64,000 nucleotides of DNA from Vicinamibacteria bacterium (lineage in GTDB: Bacteria > Acidobacteriota > Vicinamibacteria > Marinacidobacterales > Marinacidobacteraceae): contig OZ244068.1 of assembly GCA_965215615.1 (NCBI GenBank), positions 1,852,369 through 1,916,368 of the forward strand, read 5' to 3'. Made by a program: the position numbers and the translations under genes. The stretch's first letter is position 1. The number at the start of each line of letters is the position of its first letter. Shown one piece after another: positions 37,636 to 46,608 of this stretch. The notes under the pieces were generated by a model that did not search any database, was not told where the DNA came from, and was given only the letters and a program-made list of their open reading frames with translations.

Positions 37636-39144
37636 GTGAGCGAGCCCGAAATACCGGTACCGCTGTTCGCCGCCGTGGACCTCGGCTCCCGCAGCTTCCA
37701 CCTGACGGTGGCCCGGGTGCACGGAGAAAACATCGAGGTGGTGGACCGCCTCAAGGAGCCCGTCCGACTCGCCGCCGGCTTCCGGGACAAGACAGTGGAG
37801 CCTGCCGCCTGGCGACGGGCCGAGGCGGCGCTCGGCAGGATCGGCGAGCGCATCCGCGAAATCCCTCCGGGACAGGCACGCGCGGTGGGCACCAACGTGT
37901 TCCGCCAGGTCCGAAACCGGAAAGCCCTGCTCGACGAGGCAGCGGACGCGCTCGGTCACCGGGTGGAGATCATTTCCGGTGCCGAGGAGGCGCGCCTGAT
38001 CTACCAGGGGGTCAGTGCGCTGTTGCCACGCGGGAAGGGCCGCCGGTTGGTGGTGGACATCGGCGGCGGGAGCACGGAACTCGTCATCGGCCGCGAGGAC
38101 GAATCGCTGCGGGCAGCGAGCCTCTATATGGGGTGCGTGTCCTTTTCCCGGCGCTTTTTCCCCGGCGGAGCCATCAGCAAGGCCGCGTTCGTCGCTGCCG
38201 AGACCGAGGCACGCCACGAACTCGAAACCGTGCAGGAGGGATTCCTTCGGCTCGGCTGGGCGGATGCCTTCGGGTCGTCGGGGACCGTTCTCGCGGCCTC
38301 GGAAATGCTGCGAGGGAATGGCGGCGTTACCCGTCCGGAACTGAAGAAGCTGCGGGACCGGATGGTTCGGGCGGCGCACGTGGAGGCACTCGCGAGCGGA
38401 CGGGACGCCATTCCGGGGTTTCCCGCGGACCGTGCATGGGATTTTCCGGGCGGCATCGCCATCCTGCGGGCGACGATGAAGACGCTGGCCATCGAGAGGA
38501 TCGAACCGGCGGAAGGGGCCCTCCGGGAGGGGGTTCTCTTCGACCTGATCGGCCGGCGGCGGCAGCAGGACGTGCGGGATGCCACCATCCGCAACCTGAT
38601 GGACCAGTACCGGGTGGATCGCGAACAGGCCGAGCGCGTGAAGACCACGGCGATGGTCGGCCTGAAGCAGCTTCAAAAGTCGTGGGGACTCGAAGACGGC
38701 ATCCACGGGCGATTCCTGGGCTGGGCGGCCGATCTTCACGAAATCGGGCTTTCGGTCTCCTTCAGCGGCTACCACCGGCACGGTGCCTACATCGTCCGGA
38801 ATTCGGACATGCCCGGCTTTTCACGCGACGACCAGGAGCTGCTGGCGGCGCTCATCGAAACCCACCGGCAACACCTGCGCGAGGGCCGCTTCGACGAGAT
38901 GACCGCCGCCGATGCCACCACCGTGAGCCGTCTCGCGGCCATCCTCCGGATCGCGGTGCTCCTCTGCCGCCGGAGGAGCCGCGAACCCTTGCCCCTGATC
39001 GAAGCGACTACCGAGGGCGAAAAGCTGGATCTGCGATTCCCGTGCGGCTGGCTCGATCATTACCCGCTGACCCGGGCCGCCATCACCCGGGAAGCGGAGG
39101 AAATGGCTGTCATCGGGCTCTCCTTGCGGGTCCGCGAACCGTAG
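37636..39144 (+). CDS. ppx: Exopolyphosphatase (Ppx/GppA family)
   Basis: AAVDLGSRSFHL, ISGAEEARL, DIGGGSTE, ALREG, HD-like C-terminal domain LHEIGL, HRHGAYI. Confidence 0.92.
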   Translation: MSEPEIPVPLFAAVDLGSRSFHLTVARVHGENIEVVDRLKEPVRLAAGFRDKTVEPAAWRRAEAALGRIGERIREIPPGQARAVGTNVFRQVRNRKALLDEAADALGHRVEIISGAEEARLIYQGVSALLPRGKGRRLVVDIGGGSTELVIGREDESLRAASLYMGCVSFSRRFFPGGAISKAAFVAAETEARHELETVQEGFLRLGWADAFGSSGTVLAASEMLRGNGGVTRPELKKLRDRMVRAAHVEALASGRDAIPGFPADRAWDFPGGIAILRATMKTLAIERIEPAEGALREGVLFDLIGRRRQQDVRDATIRNLMDQYRVDREQAERVKTTAMVGLKQLQKSWGLEDGIHGRFLGWAADLHEIGLSVSFSGYHRHGAYIVRNSDMPGFSRDDQELLAALIETHRQHLREGRFDEMTAADATTVSRLAAILRIAVLLCRRRSREPLPLIEATTEGEKLDLRFPCGWLDHYPLTRAAITREAEEMAVIGLSLRVREP

Positions 39145-39164
39145 AGCGAGCTACACTCCATCAG

Positions 39165-40142
39165 GTGGCGATAACGGTGGAGCATGCGGCGATCAAGTGG
39201 GCAGAAGGAAGACGGGACGGGAAGGCGACCCCGTGCGAGCCGGAGCTTTCCGACCTGGAGTGGGTCGGGTGCCACACCCGCCGGATGACGCTCGCCGAGT
39301 ACGAGCGGCACGAGGGGCGCGTCGAGTTCTACGACTCCCGCACCCAACTGGCAGTGTTCGCGAACGAAGCCGCCCACAGGCCGCACGAAGGGCCCCGCGA
39401 GCGGCTGCCGATGCTGCTTGCCTGTATCGCGCAGTTTCGCGGCGCGCCGATCACCTGCCTCGGAGAACTGGAGATCCGGCGGCGTTTCGCGGGCGGGCAT
39501 TCCCGCCACATCCTTCCCGACCAGACCGTGTATCTCGATCCGGCGACGACGGACCGGATCGGCCCCCTCTTCCTGACCGCCGGTGACGATGAGCCGAAGC
39601 CGGACGTGGTCATGGAAGTGGACAGTACGACCGACGTGCGGAGGAACCGGCTCGCACTCTACGAGGCTTGGGAGTTCTCCGAGGTCTGGATCGAAGTTCC
39701 GTCGGCCTACGCGCCCGGCCGGCCGCGTGGACTCCGACCCGGACTCCGCATCCACCTGTTGACAAAGAGGGGGTACGTCCCGGCGGACGAGAGTCGTGCC
39801 TTCCCGACCTGGCGGGCGGAGGAAATCCACCAGGCGCTGAACGAAAGGGTCTCCTCGAAGGAGACGCTTGAGGTGCTGGAGCGGGTGGGCCGGGCGCTCG
39901 GCGCGCTGGAAGGGACGGGACCGGAGGACGACCCGATCCTCGGAAAACAGCGCGCCGAAGGCCGCGCCGAGATGGTTCGCGCCATGTTCCTGTCACGCGG
40001 GATCCCGGTACCCCCGGGTTTCCCCGCATCGCACGAACGCGACCTGATCGAGACCACCTCCGCCGAGGCCATTTTCCGTACCGCTTCCACTGCAAAAAGT
40101 GTCGCGGACTTCTGCTCACGTCTTCGTGAAGGAAATGCCTGA
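39165..40142 (+). CDS. Uma2 family PD-(D/E)XK nuclease, copy 1
   Basis: PDQTVY...PDVVMEVDSTT...LYEAWEFSEVWIE; RAEG motif then a helical tail. Start GTG 39165 or 39177. Confidence 0.8.
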   Translation: MAITVEHAAIKWAEGRRDGKATPCEPELSDLEWVGCHTRRMTLAEYERHEGRVEFYDSRTQLAVFANEAAHRPHEGPRERLPMLLACIAQFRGAPITCLGELEIRRRFAGGHSRHILPDQTVYLDPATTDRIGPLFLTAGDDEPKPDVVMEVDSTTDVRRNRLALYEAWEFSEVWIEVPSAYAPGRPRGLRPGLRIHLLTKRGYVPADESRAFPTWRAEEIHQALNERVSSKETLEVLERVGRALGALEGTGPEDDPILGKQRAEGRAEMVRAMFLSRGIPVPPGFPASHERDLIETTSAEAIFRTASTAKSVADFCSRLREGNA

Positions 40143-40908
40143 AACCACCACCGCAGTCCGTCCCGGGTTCCCGGAGCCGGCCCTCTCCGACCTGGAGTGG
40201 GTCGGGTGCCACACCCGCCGGATGACGCTCGCCGAGTACGAGCGGCACGAGGAGCGCGTCGAGTTCTACGACTCCCATACCCAACTGGCTGTGTTCGCGA
40301 ACGAAGCCGCCCACAGGCCGCACGAAGGGTCCCGCGAACGGCTGCCGATGCTGCTCGCCTGTATCGCGCAGTTTCGCGGCGCGCCGATCACCTGCCTCGG
40401 AGAACTGGAGATCCGGCGGCGTTTCGCGGGCGGGCATTCCCGCCACATCCTTCCCGACCAGACCGTGTATCTCGATCCGGCGACGACGGACCGGATCGGC
40501 CCCCTCTTCCTGACCGCCGGTGACGATGAGCCGAAGCCGGACGTGGTCATGGAAGTGGACAGTACGACCGACGTGCGGAGGAACCGGCTCGCACTCTACG
40601 AGGCTTGGGAGTTCCCCGAGGTCTGGATCGAAGTTCCGTCGGCCTACGCGCCCGGCCGGCCGCGTGGACTCCGACCCGGACTCCGCATCCACCTGTTGAC
40701 GAAGAGGGGGTACGTCCCGGCGGACGAGAGTCGTGCCTTCCCGACCTGGCGGGCGGAGGAAATCCACCAGGCGCTGAACGAAAGGGTCTCCTCGAAGGAG
40801 ACGCTTGAGGTGCTGGAGCGGGTGGGCCGGGCGCTCGGCGCGCTGGAAGGGACGGGACCGGAGGACGACCCGATCCTCGGAAAACAGCGCGCCGAAGGCC
40901 GCGCCGAG
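39249..40908 (+). repeat. 723-bp direct repeat (39249-39971 and 40186-40908), about 9 substitutions
   Basis: By-eye alignment at a constant offset of 937 bp. Confidence 0.95.
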
Positions 40909-41103
40909 GGCCGCATCGAGGAGCGTGCCCGTCTGGCAAGAGTCACTCTGAAATCTCGAAAAATCGAAGTCCCGGACGACTTCCCCACGGAATCGCAACG
41001 AGAACTGCTGGGGCGGTCCACCATCGAAGCGACGCTCTGCGCGGCGAACGCCGCCGGCAACTTCGCGGATTTCTGCACGCGTCTCCGGAACGAATCCTCC
41101 TGA
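40135..41103 (+). CDS. Uma2 family PD-(D/E)XK nuclease, copy 2
   Basis: Core nearly identical to copy 1; ATG overlaps the copy 1 stop (ATGCCTGA) with a GAAGGA RBS. Confidence 0.82.
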   Translation: MPETTTAVRPGFPEPALSDLEWVGCHTRRMTLAEYERHEERVEFYDSHTQLAVFANEAAHRPHEGSRERLPMLLACIAQFRGAPITCLGELEIRRRFAGGHSRHILPDQTVYLDPATTDRIGPLFLTAGDDEPKPDVVMEVDSTTDVRRNRLALYEAWEFPEVWIEVPSAYAPGRPRGLRPGLRIHLLTKRGYVPADESRAFPTWRAEEIHQALNERVSSKETLEVLERVGRALGALEGTGPEDDPILGKQRAEGRAEGRIEERARLARVTLKSRKIEVPDDFPTESQRELLGRSTIEATLCAANAAGNFADFCTRLRNESS

Positions 41104-41121
41104 CTGGCTCCGGCGACCCCG

Positions 41122-41595
41122 TCAGTCCACGATGAAGCTATAGATCTTGAACGCGCCGTCCTGCTCCAGCATCGCGCCGAAGAGCCGGACGGAACGCTCG
41201 GCCCCATCCGGAGAACGCACGACCAGCCGGGAGTCGCGGTGGACGAGGAACCCGCCGTAGTCGGTGGTTTCGCCCGTGAACTCCAGCCGGACGAGCTCCC
41301 AGTCCTGCCCGTGAAAGCGGCCGTAGGTCTCGCCGAAATGAACCTGCTGACGCATCTGCTGCATCCCCCAGAGGAAATCGGCGGAGGTGTTGCGCTCGGG
41401 GCGACTCGCCGGAAGCCGGGGATAGACGATGTCCCGGAATTCGGCCTCGCTCATCGCGAGCGCCAGAAGCCCCTCCCGGTCCCCGGCCCGAAGCCGGTCG
41501 AGCGCTTCTCGTGCGGCCGCTTCGGGGCTCGGGTAGATCCCGGCGAGCACAGGCGCACCGGACCCGCCGCCACACCCCGCGACAAGCAGAAGCAA
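41122..41595 (-). CDS. Hypothetical lipoprotein
   Basis: Lipobox LVAGC; last gene of the TonB receptor operon. Start uncertain. Confidence 0.65.
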   Translation of the reverse strand: MLLLVAGCGGGSGAPVLAGIYPSPEAAAREALDRLRAGDREGLLALAMSEAEFRDIVYPRLPASRPERNTSADFLWGMQQMRQQVHFGETYGRFHGQDWELVRLEFTGETTDYGGFLVHRDSRLVVRSPDGAERSVRLFGAMLEQDGAFKIYSFIVD

Positions 41596-41624
41596 CGCCG
41601 CGAGGACGGCGGGAGCGTACGTCC

Positions 41625-42995
41625 TCAGTTCGAGGCCAGGTTGATCCAGGCCGCGAACCAGTCGCCGCCTTCATCGCAGGCACCGATGTAGTTCACCGGC
41701 TCGAAGAAGCCGTCGTTCGGCGGCATGGCAGACCCGGTGAGAGCAGGCGATCCCGCCGTCGGACAGACACCGAATTCCTCGACCTCGTCCCCATGGTCCG
41801 GGTGGTAGTACGGATGCTCCAGCATCGGATCCACGTCGTCGTGAATCATGGCACCGGCCGTGTTCGCCGTCTCGATCAGCGTCGCGACCGCGGGGTCGGA
41901 TTCCCCCTTGCTGCCTCCGTCACCGAAGCTCCCCCCGGCGTTGTCGTGGAAGATCGAATTCGTCAGGACGAGGTTGCCACCCACGACCTGCTGATAGGTG
42001 GCGGACTGATCCAGCCGCAGCCCCTCTTCCTTGAAGCCGACCACGATGAAGTTGGCATAACGGCCGGCGGTGCCTTCCCGAAGCAGCATCCCGATGTCGC
42101 TCTCGTCGCCGAGCTCCGTCCCCGGATCGCCGATCAGGGTGACGTTGAAGAGCGTCGGTGCCGAACGCGGAGTCAGGTCGTTGTTTTCGCCGTTGTTGTC
42201 CGCCTCGATGCCGTTATCGGCATCATCGCCCCGCTGCTGGGCGATCCAGAACTGGCCGCGGCCGGTCCAGCCATCGGTCCAGTCGAAGCTGTCATCAGCG
42301 ATCCCGGTGCAGACGACACGCTTCGCGTCCACGGTTCCCCCGAAGAACTCCACGCCGTCATCCTTGTTGTAGTGGACCTGGATGGAATCCACGACCGTAC
42401 CGCTGCCAACGCCCTGGAAAGCGATCCCGTTCAGTTCGTTCTCGGGGCTGAACTCGGTTCCGGCGTACTCCACCCGGACGTACCGGAGAACACCGCTGTC
42501 GTCTGTCGGATCGTCGCCGCCGTAGGTTCCGGTGTCGCCTTCCCCTTCGCCGGTTCCCCCGGGCACGTTGAGCGGAGCACGACCGTTGATGATGAGGCCG
42601 CCCCAGTCGCCACGGGCGCGGGATCCCTCTTCCTGGTCGCTCGTGAAGACGATGGGAGCATCCGCCGTTCCCTCGGCGACCAGCCGGCCACCCTGGGCGA
42701 CGACCAGCGCTCCGTTCGTCGCGCTTTCGCCGTAGATCGTGGTTCCCGCTTCGATGGTCAGTGTGGCACCGTCAGTGACGAATACGGCTCCCGAGAGGAC
42801 GTATTCGGTACCCGCGGAGAGAGTCATGTCCCCGGCGATCTCACCGGACAGGATCTCCGGAGCGGCGGGCTGCTCGGGGGTCTCTGCGGGGGCAGGAGCC
42901 GGCGCGGGAGCCGGGGCCGGAGTGTCGGAGTCGTCATCGCAGGCGACACCGGCGAATGCCAGTAGCCCGGCCATGAACATGGCTGATTTGCGCAC
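41625..42995 (-). CDS. Acidic beta-helix-like lipoprotein associated with the TonB-dependent receptor
   Basis: Lipobox AGVAC; PA-rich linker; GDWGGLIING, DDSGVLRYVRVEYAG, NELNG, DDGVEFFGG, DDSFDWTDG. Confidence 0.8.
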   Translation of the reverse strand: MRKSAMFMAGLLAFAGVACDDDSDTPAPAPAPAPAPAETPEQPAAPEILSGEIAGDMTLSAGTEYVLSGAVFVTDGATLTIEAGTTIYGESATNGALVVAQGGRLVAEGTADAPIVFTSDQEEGSRARGDWGGLIINGRAPLNVPGGTGEGEGDTGTYGGDDPTDDSGVLRYVRVEYAGTEFSPENELNGIAFQGVGSGTVVDSIQVHYNKDDGVEFFGGTVDAKRVVCTGIADDSFDWTDGWTGRGQFWIAQQRGDDADNGIEADNNGENNDLTPRSAPTLFNVTLIGDPGTELGDESDIGMLLREGTAGRYANFIVVGFKEEGLRLDQSATYQQVVGGNLVLTNSIFHDNAGGSFGDGGSKGESDPAVATLIETANTAGAMIHDDVDPMLEHPYYHPDHGDEVEEFGVCPTAGSPALTGSAMPPNDGFFEPVNYIGACDEGGDWFAAWINLASN

Positions 42996-43007
42996 GAATT
43001 CCCTCTC

Positions 43008-45806
43008 TTATCGGATGTTCCAGGAAGCGCTGATGGAAAAAGAGCGGCCCAGACGGAAAATCCGCTGCACCTGGCCGCCCTGGGTAAAGCGATGCTCGGC
43101 ATCGAGCAGGTTGTCGAAAGAGGCTCGAAGACTCCAGGCCACGCCGAAGTTCTTCTGAAGGACGGCATCGAGAACGCCGCGGCCGTCTTCGTAAATGTCC
43201 GGAAGCCCGAGCGAACCCACATCCACGATCCGGTCGTCGAAATAGTTGTAGAGCACCCGGATGCTCCCATCGATTTCAGGAAGTCCGAGCGCGGCGGCGA
43301 GGTTCAGGGCGTGGGCCGACTGGCCGGCCAGCGGACGTTCGAGGCTCGTCTGGACCTGCCCCGCCACCTGCTCCAGCTCGATCTCCGAGTTGACATGGGT
43401 GTAGTTGGCGGACGCGGAAAGCCTTCCGAAACTGCGCCTTCCCTCGACCTCCACTCCGGCGTTCCGCGCACCGAGCGCGTTGGCGTAGGAAGTCCGGAGC
43501 TGCGCGGTGGGCTGGACCACCCGTTCGATCGGGTTGTCGAAGTCCTTGTAGAACACGCTGACCGCGAGAACTTCGCCGGAACCCGGGAACGTCTCGAACC
43601 GGAGGTCCACGTTCCGGATCAGCGCCCGCTCGAGATTCGGATTGCCGACCACGGCCCGCCCGCCGACCACGTCGGTGAACTCGAAGGGCGCGAGTTCCCG
43701 GAATTCGGGACGGTTCACGGTGTGGCTGTAGCCGACCCGGAGATTCGTGGCCGAATTCAGCGTATAGACGATATTGAAGCCGGGCAGGAGATCGGTGTTT
43801 TCGAGTTGGGCGGTGATGGTCCCGGCGGAGATGGAGAAAGGATCGAAGGTATCCACGACCTGCTCGGAACGCTCCACCCGGGCACCGCCGACGAAGCGGA
43901 TGCGGTCGGAAAGCGGCAAATCCACCATCCCGAAGAAGGCGGAGACCTGCTGCTCGGCGTTATAGGCATCGGTGGGCCGGGTCTCTTCCCGGAGCTCGAA
44001 AACCGGTCCGATGAGTTCGGGAGTGAACAACTGTTCGGGAGCGAGCGTCAGGTCCGTGGCTCCGGCGACCCGGGGGTTCATGCGGAAGCGACGCGAGGAA
44101 AAATCACGCTCCCGGAACGAGAAGGAAGGACCGAATTGGACGCTGGCCGGCAGCCCGCTCCACTGGGTGAAAAAAGAATTCCAGTCGAACCCGAATTCGC
44201 GCACGTCATCGGTGAGTTCGTTGAACATCCGGAAGCCGCTCTGGGATTCGTCAGCCAGCACGAAGTCGCTCACTGCCGGGTTGAACTCGTAGAGCGTTTC
44301 GCGAAGATCCGGCTCATCGCGGGTAGCCCGCGAAAGAGTGGCGTTCCATTCGAAGAGCCCGCTGCCGAGCGAAGCAAAACGGTGCTCCCCCGAGAGCCGC
44401 GAAGAGAGGATGGACTCCTCGATCCAGTGGAGCCGGGTATTCCGCAGGTTCTCGCCGAGGTCGGCGTTATAGCCCTCGAACACGCGGGCCTGGTTCTTCG
44501 AGCTGTGGGTGTAGAAGTTTTCGAGCGACATCCGGTGGTCGCCCGAGAACTTGTAGGCGAGGTTCCCGATGACTCCGGTGGACGCTTTCGATTCGGTTAC
44601 CTGAAAGTCGTAGTCGTTCTGGACATCCAGCTCGCCACCGGAGACCGAGTAATAGGTCTGCTCTTCGTCGGTGCTCTGGTGTCCCTGGGACCAGGTGGCA
44701 CTGAAGATCGCGCCGAGCCTGTCCCAACTGTTTCCAGCCACGAAGCTGTAGGACTGATCCTGTCCGATGCGGTCTTCCACCGGCGACCAGACATTCGAGA
44801 AGGATTCGCCCATCGCCTCGAGTTCGGACGGAGTGAAGCCCGCCTTGCTGAAACGGCCTCGCCGGACCACCTTGGCATCCGGGATGGCGGACGGGAGACT
44901 CCGGCTGCCGTCGTCGAAACCGAATGCGTCGCGGCTGCCGCCCTCGTAGGTCAGCCCGTCCTCGAAGGTGGTGCCCTGGGTGAACCCCTGCGACATCGAA
45001 AACCGCAGCACCGGAGCGGCGGGAAAGGCCAGCGGATCGATCTCGACGAGGCCGCCGGAGAAGTCGGCCGGCTTGTCGGGAAGATAGGACTTCACCACCG
45101 AGACACTTTCGATGAGTCCGGTGGGGAAGAGATCCAGCGGCACCACCCGCTTGTCGGGCTCGGTGGTCGGCAGGACCGCGCCGTTCAGAGTGGTGTTCGA
45201 GTACCGCTCGCCGAGCCCGCGGACGAAAACGTACTGGTTGTCCACCACCGTGAGGCCAGCCACCCGCTTCATGGCCGAGGCGGCGTTCGAGTCGGAGTTC
45301 TGCTTCATCTCCTCCGAGCCGAGGTTGTCGGTGATGGCCCCTGCCCGCTGGCGCTCGACGAGCTGCGCTTCGGCGGTGTGGAGTTCGATGTCGTCCACCG
45401 TGGCCGTGACCGAAACCGTTTCGGCGAAGCGCTCCATGGTGAGCGCCACATCCAGCCGCACCGTCTCACCCGGTGCCATGTCCACGGCGACCACTTCTTC
45501 CTGGTAACCGCTGAAGGTCACGCGGATTTCATGGATACCTTCGGGTACTTCCAGCGAAAAGGCCCCGTCGAGCTCGGTATAGACCGTGCGGTTCTCGGAA
45601 AGCAGGGTGACCGGAGCCGTCGGGAGCGTCATGGCGTTGAAGCTGTCGCGCACCACACCGGTCACCGTCCCGGTGGAGTGGGTGCCCCCGTTTCCGTTCT
45701 CCTGGCCGAAAGCCGGAAACCCGGAGAGGGCGAGACAAACAGCAGCGAACGTCCAAGGGCGCGGGTGGAGCGAGGCGAGCATGACGGCGCGAATTCTCGC
45801 GAGCAC
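43008..45806 (-). CDS. TonB-dependent receptor with N-terminal carboxypeptidase-regulatory-like domain
   Basis: Plug VRGLGERYSNTTLNG, VPLDLFP, KSYLPD; RPEFRELAPF, GNPNL; C-terminal aromatic strand. Confidence 0.92.
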   Translation of the reverse strand: MLARIRAVMLASLHPRPWTFAAVCLALSGFPAFGQENGNGGTHSTGTVTGVVRDSFNAMTLPTAPVTLLSENRTVYTELDGAFSLEVPEGIHEIRVTFSGYQEEVVAVDMAPGETVRLDVALTMERFAETVSVTATVDDIELHTAEAQLVERQRAGAITDNLGSEEMKQNSDSNAASAMKRVAGLTVVDNQYVFVRGLGERYSNTTLNGAVLPTTEPDKRVVPLDLFPTGLIESVSVVKSYLPDKPADFSGGLVEIDPLAFPAAPVLRFSMSQGFTQGTTFEDGLTYEGGSRDAFGFDDGSRSLPSAIPDAKVVRRGRFSKAGFTPSELEAMGESFSNVWSPVEDRIGQDQSYSFVAGNSWDRLGAIFSATWSQGHQSTDEEQTYYSVSGGELDVQNDYDFQVTESKASTGVIGNLAYKFSGDHRMSLENFYTHSSKNQARVFEGYNADLGENLRNTRLHWIEESILSSRLSGEHRFASLGSGLFEWNATLSRATRDEPDLRETLYEFNPAVSDFVLADESQSGFRMFNELTDDVREFGFDWNSFFTQWSGLPASVQFGPSFSFRERDFSSRRFRMNPRVAGATDLTLAPEQLFTPELIGPVFELREETRPTDAYNAEQQVSAFFGMVDLPLSDRIRFVGGARVERSEQVVDTFDPFSISAGTITAQLENTDLLPGFNIVYTLNSATNLRVGYSHTVNRPEFRELAPFEFTDVVGGRAVVGNPNLERALIRNVDLRFETFPGSGEVLAVSVFYKDFDNPIERVVQPTAQLRTSYANALGARNAGVEVEGRRSFGRLSASANYTHVNSEIELEQVAGQVQTSLERPLAGQSAHALNLAAALGLPEIDGSIRVLYNYFDDRIVDVGSLGLPDIYEDGRGVLDAVLQKNFGVAWSLRASFDNLLDAEHRFTQGGQVQRIFRLGRSFSISASWNIR

Positions 45807-45817
45807 CCCGCTCTCTT

Positions 45818-45859
45818 GTGTGACCGGTCGGTGAAAGAAGAGCGCGTTTTCCGTGAACG
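45818..45859 (-). promoter_or_regulatory. PHO-box-like direct repeats with 11-bp periodicity
   Basis: Minus strand GTTCAC, TTTCAC, GGTCAC; GTGA cores at + positions 45853, 45831, 45820, i.e. spacings of 22 and 11 bp. Confidence 0.55.
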
Positions 45860-45894
45860 GTTCGGCGAGCGCTTAGCATTCGTGCCCTCCCGCC

Positions 45895-46608
45895 ATGCCC
45901 AAGCACATCCTGGTCGTCGAGGACGATCCGGCCATCGTGGAGCTGCTCGAGTTCAACCTGGAGCGCGAGTCCTACCGGGTCACTTCGGCCAGCACCGGGG
46001 CCGACGGGCTGGATGCCATCCGCGAGCAACACCCGGATCTGGTGATCCTGGACCTGATGCTGCCCGAGAAGAGCGGCTTCGAAGTGTGTCGGGAAATCCG
46101 CAACGACCCGTCGCTCGCGGCGCTTCCGATCATCATCGTGAGTGCCCGCGGAGAAGAGCCGGACCGGATCGCCGGCCTCGAACTCGGTGCCGACGACTAC
46201 ATCACCAAACCCTTCAGCCCGCGGGAGCTGGTCGCCCGGGTGGGTGCGGTCCTGCGCCGCGCCGCCCGCGTCCGGTCCGGGGAGCGGACGAGTCGCGGCC
46301 CGATGCCGGTTCGGGTCGGAGATCTGCTCATCGATCCGGTGTCCTATCGGGTGGAGAGGAACGGCGAGGCGGTCCCCATGACCAATCTGGAATTCCGGCT
46401 GCTCCACCATCTGGCTTCACGGCCCGGGCAGATGTGTCCGCGGGACCGGATCCTCGACGAAGTCTGGGGCGAAGACACCTACGTGACCCAGCGCAGCGTG
46501 GATGCCTACATCCGGCGACTGCGCCAGAAACTCGACCAGCCGGGACAGCCATCCATGCTCACCACGGTGCGCGGTGCCGGCTACCGCTTCGAGGTCGGTG
46601 GCGACTAG
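45895..46608 (+). CDS. phoB: PhoB-like OmpR-family response regulator
   Basis: VVEDD, LDLMLP, GLELGADDYITKPFSPRELVARV, EFRLL, RSVDAYIRRLRQKL, TVRGAGYRF. Confidence 0.8.
   Translation: MPKHILVVEDDPAIVELLEFNLERESYRVTSASTGADGLDAIREQHPDLVILDLMLPEKSGFEVCREIRNDPSLAALPIIIVSARGEEPDRIAGLELGADDYITKPFSPRELVARVGAVLRRAARVRSGERTSRGPMPVRVGDLLIDPVSYRVERNGEAVPMTNLEFRLLHHLASRPGQMCPRDRILDEVWGEDTYVTQRSVDAYIRRLRQKLDQPGQPSMLTTVRGAGYRFEVGGD

Noticed and set aside
38133-39164. Long N-terminal extension of Uma2 copy 1 (669-aa ORF)
   Set aside because: Overlaps ppx in another frame with Arg/Gly/Pro-rich noise; the real start follows the ppx stop.
39249-40908. Possible diversity-generating retroelement template/variable repeat pair
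   Set aside because: No reverse transcriptase in the window, substitutions are not adenine-specific (several are C/T), and both copies are full ORFs.
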